NCBI GenBank assembly: GCA_902491935.1
Contig: CABUJN010000003.1
Location: 1,245-65,244 of the forward strand
From: an uncultured Collinsella sp.
Lineage (GTDB): Bacteria > Actinomycetota > Coriobacteriia > Coriobacteriales > Coriobacteriaceae
DNA: 64,000 nt
Direction of reading: 5' to 3'
In this document: positions 26,306 to 35,008 of the stretch, one piece after another
How positions within the stretch are numbered: position 1 is the stretch's first letter
Layout: each line of letters begins with the position of its first letter
Made by a program: the position numbers and the translations under genes
Notes under the pieces: model-generated
What the model saw: the letters and a program-made list of their open reading frames with translations, nothing else
Database searches by the model: none
What the model was told of the DNA's origin: nothing

Positions 26306-27679
26306 ATGGATACATTTGAGTACTTGTCTATGGGTGATGCCGCCCGCCTGTTGGGCGTTACGAAAGCCCGTATATCGCAACTTGCCGCATCGGGGACGCT
26401 TGTGTGCGATATTGTGGGCGGCCGGAAGATGGTCGAGTACAATTCTGCGATCGCCTATCAAAAGGTCCGTAAGCGAGGACGTCGTCCTGCGGCCGATGTG
26501 GGACGCAAGTTTACGCTGATGTCGGCCGACCATGAGGTCGCGCATGTCTCATTTGATCCGACGCGCGAGTTTCCCTTCGAAATCGCCGAGGTCCTCGATG
26601 CGCAACGAATGCCGTTTGGCACATGCTCGAGTTCTTCTCCAACGGTGAATAAGCGGGAGCTCAACGCGTGGTGGGGGCATCGGTCGGTGCCCGATGTTCG
26701 CCCTGGGCTTATCTCGCGCTACCGCGAGCTGGGGATTGTCAACGGCGTTGAGGTGCCGGTTCAGTGCCTGGGCCTCTCGCTTTCGGATTGCTATTGGCTG
26801 CGGCCGGCAGAATGCGACGGGCTCGAATGGCGAAACCTCAATTACTTCGAGAATGATTTTGAGCGATCGGCGCCCGAGGAGCGTTCGGGTTGGCTGGAGG
26901 GTATCGGTCTTAAAAATCCCGACAACACATCCGAGGGCGAGCTCCCTAAATCGTGGATGATCCGAAACGGCATTCGCGTTTTGGCTAAAGGGTGCGGGAT
27001 GGACGATCAGCGTCCCTTTAACGAGGCGGTTGCAACGGCTCTACATCGTCGCTTGCTGTCGGAGGGCGAGTTTGTTCCTTATACGGTTGAGCGGATGTTC
27101 GATGGCCCTGTGTGTCTGTGCGACGACTTTCTTGACGGCCGCGAGGAATATGTTCCGGCTGTTTACGTTAAGAACGCCCTTGGCGGCCAGCGAGGAAACT
27201 CGACGTACGACCGGTACTGCCGCTTCCTTGGTAAGCATGGAGCAGACGAGGCTGCCGTGAGAAGGTCTATGTCGCAGATGATCGTTTGCGATGCCCTTTT
27301 GGCCAACAGCGACCGCCATTGGCGAAACTTCGGCATCATCCGCAATGTCGACACCCTGGAGATAAAACCTGCTCCGCCGTTCGATAGCGGCAACTGCCTG
27401 TGGTACAACGTGCCAACTGCCGTGCTCGCAGCTGGGGAGTTTGGGTTTTCCGCTAAGCCGTTTGGGCCCGACCCTTCCGTCCAGCTGGCGCTTGCGGACT
27501 CACTCGGTTGGTTCGACGCATCGCGACTCGACGGATTTGTTGATGAGGCGATCGAGATTCTTTCGCAGAGCGAATGGGCGACGGCGGAGGGTCGACTCGA
27601 GGCCATTTGCCGTGGCCTCGAGCGTCGCGTAATCGAGGTTAGTGCCGCCGTTGAGGTACTTCGACACGTGCAGCGATAA
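26306..27679 (+). CDS. HipA-homologous kinase with fused N-terminal HTH (YjjJ/HipH-like architecture)
   Basis: The N-terminal HTH reads MGDAARLLGVTKARISQLAASG. The C-terminal kinase core has LLANSDRHWRNFG (the HipA catalytic-loop pattern D-x-H-x-x-N). No hipB-like or hipS-like ORF is adjacent. Confidence 0.8.
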   Translation: MDTFEYLSMGDAARLLGVTKARISQLAASGTLVCDIVGGRKMVEYNSAIAYQKVRKRGRRPAADVGRKFTLMSADHEVAHVSFDPTREFPFEIAEVLDAQRMPFGTCSSSSPTVNKRELNAWWGHRSVPDVRPGLISRYRELGIVNGVEVPVQCLGLSLSDCYWLRPAECDGLEWRNLNYFENDFERSAPEERSGWLEGIGLKNPDNTSEGELPKSWMIRNGIRVLAKGCGMDDQRPFNEAVATALHRRLLSEGEFVPYTVERMFDGPVCLCDDFLDGREEYVPAVYVKNALGGQRGNSTYDRYCRFLGKHGADEAAVRRSMSQMIVCDALLANSDRHWRNFGIIRNVDTLEIKPAPPFDSGNCLWYNVPTAVLAAGEFGFSAKPFGPDPSVQLALADSLGWFDASRLDGFVDEAIEILSQSEWATAEGRLEAICRGLERRVIEVSAAVEVLRHVQR

Positions 27680-27687
27680 ACCCGCGG

Positions 27688-28788
27688 CTACTTAAGTGCG
27701 CCGGTTACCGTGCCGCCGCCGAGGACGATGTCGCCGCGGTAGACTACAACGGCTTGGCCGGGGGTGATGGCTCGCTGCGGCTCGTCAAAAGTCAGCAGCA
27801 TTTGCCCGTCTTCGCCGCGCGTAAGGGTCGCTGCCTGGTCTTTCTGACGGTAGCGGTACTTGGCGCCCACGCGAATGCCGCCGGCATCCAGCTCGGCCTC
27901 CATGCGCGTGTCCGGCGCGCTCCAGATCCACTCATCGGCCGTGAGGGCAGCGGCGGTTAGGTCCTCGGCCTCGCCCAGATGCACGGTGTTGTTGACGGCG
28001 TCGACGCCTGTCACGTATACGGGATGCGCCATCGCTACGCCCAAGCCCTTGCGCTGGCCGATGGTATAGCGCAGCGCGCCGTTGTGGCGCCCTACCACGC
28101 TGCCGTCGCGCCATACGATGTCGCCCGGTGCAGCGGGATGTCCGCAGCGGCGCTCGATATAGCCCGCGTAGTCACCGTCTGGAATAAAGCAGATATCCTC
28201 GCTTTCGGCCTTCTTGGCGTTGATGAAGCCCTGCTCGGCGGCAATGCGGCGCACGTCGTGCTCCTTGTCCAGGCCTGCCAGCGGAAAGATTGTGCGTGCC
28301 AGGCGCTCCTGCGTAAGCGAATACAAAAAGTAGCTTTGGTCCTTCTTGGGGTCCTCGCCACGGTACAGCTGCCAGGTGCCGTCGGACGCCTGGCTCGTTT
28401 TGGCGTAGTGACCTGTGGCGATGTAGTCGCAGCCCATATCGAGCGCTGCATCGAGCAACGCGCCAAACTTAATATGGCGGTTGCAGATGATGCACGGGTT
28501 GGGCGTCAGTCCTTCCTGGTAGGCAGTCACGAAGCGCTCGATAACGTTGCGGTCGAAGGTCTGCTGCAGGTCGAGCACGTGATGGGGTATCCCCAGGCGC
28601 TCGGCGACGGCCTTTGCATCGGCGATATCGCGGTCGACCTTACTCATGCCTGTTGCGGGATCGGGTGCGGGGCAGGTGAGGCGCATGGTGGCACCGACAC
28701 ATTCGTAACCCTGACTTTTGAGCAGATACGCGGTCACGCTGGAATCGACGCCGCCGCTCATGGCGACGAGCACGCGCTTGTTGTGCAT
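27688..28788 (-). CDS. mnmA: tRNA 2-thiouridine(34) synthase
   Basis: The N-terminal PP-loop is VLVAMSGGVDSSV, and the MnmA-typical length and blocks are present. Confidence 0.95.
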   Translation of the reverse strand: MHNKRVLVAMSGGVDSSVTAYLLKSQGYECVGATMRLTCPAPDPATGMSKVDRDIADAKAVAERLGIPHHVLDLQQTFDRNVIERFVTAYQEGLTPNPCIICNRHIKFGALLDAALDMGCDYIATGHYAKTSQASDGTWQLYRGEDPKKDQSYFLYSLTQERLARTIFPLAGLDKEHDVRRIAAEQGFINAKKAESEDICFIPDGDYAGYIERRCGHPAAPGDIVWRDGSVVGRHNGALRYTIGQRKGLGVAMAHPVYVTGVDAVNNTVHLGEAEDLTAAALTADEWIWSAPDTRMEAELDAGGIRVGAKYRYRQKDQAATLTRGEDGQMLLTFDEPQRAITPGQAVVVYRGDIVLGGGTVTGALK

Positions 28789-28817
28789 GGGGAGGTTCTC
28801 CTTGGTGGCATGTGGCC

Positions 28818-28856
28818 AAAAAAGAAAAGCGGCGCGGGAGGCTGGTTCCGCGCCGC
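28818..28856 (-). terminator. Terminator hairpin between cysK and mnmA
   Basis: On the minus strand: GCGGCGCGG, a 10-nt loop, CCGCGCCGC, then TTTTCTTTTTT. It ends about 30 nt before the mnmA start. Confidence 0.7.
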
Positions 28857-28969
28857 AGACATTGTAGCAAGTTCGGAGGTCTCGTGGGACACCCTGTTGG
28901 GATAAGCCCAGGCTGCCAGAAGAGAGGGGAGACCGGCGTGCCTTGGACTCGTTCTAAGAACGAGAAGCT

Positions 28970-29908
<939 letters not shown>

Positions 29909-29966
29909 GGTGAACCTCCAAAGTGTTCAAGTTGCTGGTTGCCGTGTGGTTTCACGGTGCGTGTAG

Positions 29967-30006
29967 CAGCTAAACCCATAAACCTTATAGGTTGTTCGTT
30001 TAGCTG
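29967..30006. promoter_or_regulatory. Nested palindrome immediately downstream of the predicted cysK promoter (candidate Rrf2/CymR-type operator or leader hairpin)
   Basis: The outer arms are CAGCTAAAC and GTTTAGCTG. They enclose AACCT-TAT-AGGTT. Confidence 0.4.
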
Positions 30007-30015
30007 TTGGGAAGC

Positions 30016-30044
30016 ATACTAGACACTAAAGCCTAGTAATGCAA
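30016..30044 (-). promoter_or_regulatory. Predicted sigma-70-type promoter of cysK
   Basis: On the minus strand: TTGCAT, a 17-nt spacer, TAGTAT. Confidence 0.5.
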
Positions 30045-30097
30045 TAGGAAATAGAAGATTATTACGAGCTGATTAACCATCTTGACCGGAACGGGTA

Positions 30098-30125
30098 TTT
30101 TCAAAACCAATTTTTCGGCTAGAAT
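30098..30125 (+). promoter_or_regulatory. Possible promoter of the Rrf2 gene
   Basis: The -10 is TAGAAT at 30120-30125, with a weak -35 TTTTCA 16 nt upstream. It lies about 36 nt before the start codon. Confidence 0.3.
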
Positions 30126-30161
30126 TTCTACGGACTAAATGACCGAAAGGCAGCACTATAC

Positions 30162-30590
30162 ATGTTGGTTTCTACAAAGGGCAGATATGCCCTGCGCGTT
30201 ATGGTCGATCTGGCCGAGCACCAGGCGGCCGGTCGCATCCCGCTCAAAGAGATCGCGGCGCGACAGGGGATTTCCGAGAAATATCTCGAGAACATCTTGG
30301 CTACGCTCGTGCGCGCCAACATGCTTTCGGGCATGCGCGGCAAGGGCGGCGGCTACGTGCTCACGCGCCCGCCCGAGCAGTACACGGTGGGCGAGATCCT
30401 GCGCCTGACCGAGGGCAGTCTGGCACCGGTTGCATGCCTGGATGGCGACTGCAAGGGCTGCTCACGCTCGGATGAGTGCCCCACGCTCGACGTGTGGAAG
30501 AACCTGGACAAGCTCATCAACGACTACCTCGACGGTGTGACACTCGATCAACTTGTCGCTCCCAACCATGGCTACGACTACGTCATCTAA
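30162..30590 (+). CDS. Rrf2-family transcriptional regulator (CymR/IscR-like), divergent from cysK
   Basis: MLVSTKGRYALRVMVDLA is followed by a wHTH and a Cys cluster, CLDGDCKGCSRSDEC. Confidence 0.9.
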   Translation: MLVSTKGRYALRVMVDLAEHQAAGRIPLKEIAARQGISEKYLENILATLVRANMLSGMRGKGGGYVLTRPPEQYTVGEILRLTEGSLAPVACLDGDCKGCSRSDECPTLDVWKNLDKLINDYLDGVTLDQLVAPNHGYDYVI

Positions 30591-30660
30591 CCCACACCTG
30601 CCATTTGGGGACGGGGTAGAAATGGTAGATTCTCTCGCCCTTTGAGACTTGACAAATAAG

Positions 30661-30697
30661 AAGGCCGCCCATTTTTGCGATGGGCGGCCTTCGTTTT
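30661..30697. terminator. Bidirectional terminator between convergent genes
   Basis: AAGGCCGCCCA, a 9-nt loop, TGGGCGGCCTT, then CGTTTT. Confidence 0.8.
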
Positions 30698-30732
30698 GGG
30701 CTGTTGAGACGGGCACGGCCGGAATGGCCGTT

Positions 30733-31098
30733 TTAGTCCTCGGCGATGCTGTCGAGGATGCTGCGCGTGATGGATACCAGGATACTGCCCATAAAGGCCG
30801 ATCCAAAGCTGGCGATGGAGATGCCCGCGCCCAGCAGATTGACCGACAGGTAGCTGGCCAGCTCGAGCATAAAGCTGTTGACTACGAGCTGAAAAACACC
30901 AAGCGTAATAATAGTGAGCGGCAGTGAGATGACGGTCAGGAACGGTTTGACGAACGAATCGACAATGTTCAGGAACAGTCCCACAAAGGCAAAGCAGACC
31001 CAGGTCTCGGCAAAGCCGAAGGGTTGGATACCGGGGACGAGGAACGTGGCGATCGCGATGGCGATCGAGGTGAAGAGCCAGTTAAGCATAAAGCGCAT
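30733..31098 (-). CDS. Small membrane protein of the DUF360 / phage-holin-4-like family
   Basis: 121 aa with 3-4 TM helices. The sequence pattern NWLFTSIAIAIATFLVPG ... LTIITLGVFQLVVN fits this family. Confidence 0.7.
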   Translation of the reverse strand: MRFMLNWLFTSIAIAIATFLVPGIQPFGFAETWVCFAFVGLFLNIVDSFVKPFLTVISLPLTIITLGVFQLVVNSFMLELASYLSVNLLGAGISIASFGSAFMGSILVSITRSILDSIAED

Positions 31099-31422
31099 GG
31101 CGTGAATCCTTTCTTGCGCCGGGATTGCTGGCGTCGCGTGAAGCGGCTTACGGCGGCGACCTGGATGGTTGCGCGGGCGCGCCGCGGTGTTTGGGCGCCC
31201 ATTGTCTCAAATATTCGTGGAGCTTACGTGCGCATATGGTTTCTAAACGGCGTTCGTCCTGAAAAACGCGCCGCTGGCAGAGAGTCTTGTCGCTTTAGTT
31301 TGGTGGTGTGCTACACTGCTACGGGCAAAAGCCACAGGCGTTGCCCTATTGCATAGAACGGGTGAACGATGCCCGATGTCAGTATCAACTTCGATGCCTT
31401 TTGGCGGGTTTGGCGGTGATCG

Positions 31423-31722
31423 ATGAATATCGAGAACATGTTTGACAAGCCTGATGTCAAGCAGCTGGTCCACGCATTTAGCCTTTTGGACGACGAGAAG
31501 GATATCCAAGCGTTTTTGACCGATATCTGCACGCCGCGCGAGATTTGCGACCTTTCTCAGCGTTTGCAGGTTGCGCGCTATTTGGACGAGGGCGAGCCTT
31601 ATGTTGAGGTTCAGGCCCGTACCGGCGCTTCGTCCACCACGGTGAGCCGCGTTTCAAAGGCGCTGAACGGCGAGTACGGTGGCTACCGCAAGATCCTCAT
31701 TAAGTTGGAGGATGGCGAGTAG
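31423..31722 (+). CDS. YerC/YecD-family TrpR-like protein
   Basis: FLTDICTPREICDLSQRLQVARYL ... TGASSTTVSRVSKAL is characteristic of the family. Confidence 0.85.
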   Translation: MNIENMFDKPDVKQLVHAFSLLDDEKDIQAFLTDICTPREICDLSQRLQVARYLDEGEPYVEVQARTGASSTTVSRVSKALNGEYGGYRKILIKLEDGE

Positions 31723-31906
31723 GCCAGCGACAACATTGAATTACGAAGAACCGTCCCTCCGGGGGCGGTTTTTATATGCCTGCAATCGGCTGGTGCGTTG
31801 GGTTCAGGTTGCTTTGTACCAAAAGATGGAACTGCGGTGGCAATGTGTCCGCTTGGGCGGGTAGGATGGATGCATTGATTATTGCGAACGGTTTGAGCGG
31901 AGGACC

Positions 31907-34900
31907 ATGCCTGTTCGAATCTATACCACCAATGCCGGCACGGATTTGAGCGATGCCGAGTCGGCGCTGCTTGCCGACCTTATTGCCCGTCACGGGCGTG
32001 CCGTGTTGCTGGCACCAACGTTTGCCGAGCTCGATCTGTGCCGTCATGATGCGGCGGAAGCCGGCATTTCGCTGGGTATCGACTACAAGACACCCGCATC
32101 GTGGCTTCGCTCGCTTTGGGAGCTTTTGGGCGACGGGCGCGGTTTCGTCGACAACCTGCAACGTCAGATGCTGTTTTCGGATATGATTGCCCGCCGCGAC
32201 GATGCCGACCTGCAGCCGCTTTCGCGTAGCCAGGGCACGGTGCGCATGCTCGCGCGCATGGCCCGCGATGTGCTGCCGGGTGTGGCGGGGACGACGGCCG
32301 AGCGATGCGGTGGCAACAATTGCCAGCCTGAGCCAAAAAGCGATGCCGAGGCTCGTGTGTTTGAGCTTTTGCGTGCCTACGCGGGCGGTTTGGACCGTCG
32401 AGATATGGTCGAGCCCTGCGAGGCAGCCGACATTATGGCCGGTGCCCTGGCCGATAGCCTGCCGGCGTGCGCCCGCGCCGTATGCGTGCGCGGTACCACG
32501 TCGTTTACGCACGGTCTACTCGAGCTGCTGTCTGCCGTGGCGAACAATGGGGGAGAGGTCGTCGTGCTGCTTGCCCGCGAGCAGGCGGCGATGCGCGAGG
32601 AGCTTGCCACGGCATTTGATGCCCGCGGTGTGCTGTTTGAGATCGCGCCGCTGGGGGAGGACGCCGTCGCGTCTGATGTCGCTTGCGGGGCCGCCGCTCA
32701 GCCTGCCTTTATTGAGGTCGCCGGCCCCCATGCCCGTGCTCATGTCTATGCGGACGCCATCGATAAGTTGGTGAAAGCGCACAAGGAGTCCAAGGCCGAT
32801 AAAGCTACTGCAACGCCCGCCGACCCCGTGCGCGTGCTCGTCGTTTCTGCCCGGGCACCCCAGCTGTTCGGCGAGCTCGCCGCCCGTTTGGCGGCGCGTC
32901 ACATTGCGGCCGAGACGACTGAGTTCACGGCGTTTTCCCAGTCCATCGCGGGCAGGCAGTTTACGGCGCTCGCCAACCTGATCGAGCGTATGAAAGCCGC
33001 CGACGAGGGCACCGCTTCCAAGACTGAGTGGTGGCCCGCGCCGGAGCTTACCGACTGGATCTACAGTCCGCTTTCGGGCGCTGATGCCGTCAATGCCCGT
33101 ACCTTCGATAAGAATATGCGTCTCTCGCGCAGCAAGACTACCGCGGGCGTCAAGAGCCTGCTGCAGAGCGTTCAGGGCCAGGTGAGGGGCGCGCACAAGG
33201 CGACGAGCGACGATAACTGGTTTAAGAACGTACCGTGTGTGGTCTCGGACGTGTTCCAGGCGCTGTGGCGTGACAAGCCCGTGACGGCGCTTAAGGCCAT
33301 GCTTGCCGTTGCAGAGGCGCTGCCCGATCGCGCTCTAGGCGGTCTTGACGGCCAGGCCCGTCGTCAGGCAGAGACGGCTTTGCTGCGCCATGCCATCGAC
33401 ATCCTTATGAACGATGCTCGCGCGCTCGACGTGTCGCAGGCCGCGACCGTGCCGGTTCTCGACGGCGTTCGAACTAAGGTGGACAAGCGCAGCACCGCTT
33501 ACGATTACGAGACCTACGAGGTCGATCGCACGCCACGGGCGCAAGTGCGCTTCGTGTCGCTTGCCGATGCGTCGGTTTTGCGTCCTGGCGGCTACGATGC
33601 CGTGCTGTTTGCCGATGTCGACCTGGACAGCTATCCGCTTTCGCACGAAGAGGGCCCGCTTGCCACATTGACGGCCGAGCTGCGCCGCGACGGCGTGTCT
33701 TTGGAGCCCGCCGCCCTGTTGCGCGTGCGCTTTGGCCGTGCGATGCAGGCGGCGAGCGGTCCGGTCGCGCTTGCCCGCGTGACACACGATCGCCAGGCGC
33801 GCGAGTGCTACCCGGCAGCCGTATGGACCGAGCTGCGGGCACATGCCGAGGCCGCTGGCGCTGCCAAGCCCACGTGCGTGGGCGAGGGCGATATCATCGC
33901 CGACTTTGATCCCGCGGCAGGTGAAGGCCTCAAGCGCGAGCGCGTGACCTGTGAAGCCCCTCAGCATCTGAGTGCCGAGGCCGTGCCGTATTTGGTCCTG
34001 CGCCGTCGCGATGGCGAGGGTGAGGACGCGCCGCTCGTGCCGCGTCTGACGTCCGCCTCGCAGATCGAGGCCTATTCTACCTGCCCACTGTGCTGGTTCG
34101 TGTCGTATCGCGTCAAGCCCCAGTCGATCGACGCGGGCTTTGGCAACATGGAGAAGGGCAACTTTGTCCACGACGTGCTGGAGCATCTGCATGCCCGTCT
34201 GCCCCAAGAGGGCATGGAGCGCGTGACGCCCGAGAATCTGCCGCGTGCACAGGAGCTGCTGCACGAGGTCTTTGACGAGACGTTGGCCGAGCACGCCGGC
34301 AAGCGCGGCACGGAGGGCCCGCTGGTGCCGCTCTCTGCGGTGGAGGAACGCCAGGTGGCCGAGATCTTGCCGCAGCTGGAGGGTGTGCTTGCCTACGAGT
34401 CCGAGGCACTTGCCCCCTTTGCCCCGCGCTACCTGGAGTTCGCCTTCAACGAGCTCAAGGTCGAGTATGCCGGTTGGCCGCTTGGCGGGCGCATCGACCG
34501 CGTGGACGTGGACGCCGAGAATCGTGCCGTGGTGATCGACTACAAGCATCGCACGGGCGTTGAGGAGTTTAAGCTCGCCGACCCCACGGTGCGTGACGAG
34601 GAATCGGGCACGGCGCCCATCGACGATCCGCGCTGGTTGCCACCACATACCCAGACGCTCATCTACGCCCAGGCCATGCGCCGAGCGCTGGATTTGGACA
34701 CCCGCGCGGCGCTCTACTTTTCGACCAAGGGCGGCAAACCGGCGTTGCGAGGCGCAGCGAGTGCCGAGCTGCTCGAGGAGGAGCGTGGTGACGGTCGCAT
34801 CCCGGGCCTTAAGAAAGGTTTCCCCGGCGAGGGTGGCAGCATGGACTTCGACGCCCTGCTCGATCGCGTGGAGACCGGCATCGCCGAGCGTCTGCGCGAG

Positions 34901-35005
34901 CTCGAGGCGGGCAACGTTGCCGCCGTCGACCCGACGTCGGCTCAGGCCGCGCATGCGCGCTGCTCGTATAACCACGAAGGAACGTTTGTAAGGAGGGACG
35001 TGTAG
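31907..35005 (+). CDS. addB: AddB-like helicase-nuclease subunit (PD-(D/E)XK nuclease, no Walker A)
   Basis: The C-terminal nuclease block reads GNFVHDVLE ... GRIDRVD ... VVIDYK. No GxGKT motif is seen. The gene lies immediately upstream of the UvrD-type subunit. Confidence 0.75.
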   Translation: MPVRIYTTNAGTDLSDAESALLADLIARHGRAVLLAPTFAELDLCRHDAAEAGISLGIDYKTPASWLRSLWELLGDGRGFVDNLQRQMLFSDMIARRDDADLQPLSRSQGTVRMLARMARDVLPGVAGTTAERCGGNNCQPEPKSDAEARVFELLRAYAGGLDRRDMVEPCEAADIMAGALADSLPACARAVCVRGTTSFTHGLLELLSAVANNGGEVVVLLAREQAAMREELATAFDARGVLFEIAPLGEDAVASDVACGAAAQPAFIEVAGPHARAHVYADAIDKLVKAHKESKADKATATPADPVRVLVVSARAPQLFGELAARLAARHIAAETTEFTAFSQSIAGRQFTALANLIERMKAADEGTASKTEWWPAPELTDWIYSPLSGADAVNARTFDKNMRLSRSKTTAGVKSLLQSVQGQVRGAHKATSDDNWFKNVPCVVSDVFQALWRDKPVTALKAMLAVAEALPDRALGGLDGQARRQAETALLRHAIDILMNDARALDVSQAATVPVLDGVRTKVDKRSTAYDYETYEVDRTPRAQVRFVSLADASVLRPGGYDAVLFADVDLDSYPLSHEEGPLATLTAELRRDGVSLEPAALLRVRFGRAMQAASGPVALARVTHDRQARECYPAAVWTELRAHAEAAGAAKPTCVGEGDIIADFDPAAGEGLKRERVTCEAPQHLSAEAVPYLVLRRRDGEGEDAPLVPRLTSASQIEAYSTCPLCWFVSYRVKPQSIDAGFGNMEKGNFVHDVLEHLHARLPQEGMERVTPENLPRAQELLHEVFDETLAEHAGKRGTEGPLVPLSAVEERQVAEILPQLEGVLAYESEALAPFAPRYLEFAFNELKVEYAGWPLGGRIDRVDVDAENRAVVIDYKHRTGVEEFKLADPTVRDEESGTAPIDDPRWLPPHTQTLIYAQAMRRALDLDTRAALYFSTKGGKPALRGAASAELLEEERGDGRIPGLKKGFPGEGGSMDFDALLDRVETGIAERLRELEAGNVAAVDPTSAQAAHARCSYNHEGTFVRRDV

Positions 35006-35008
35006 ACC

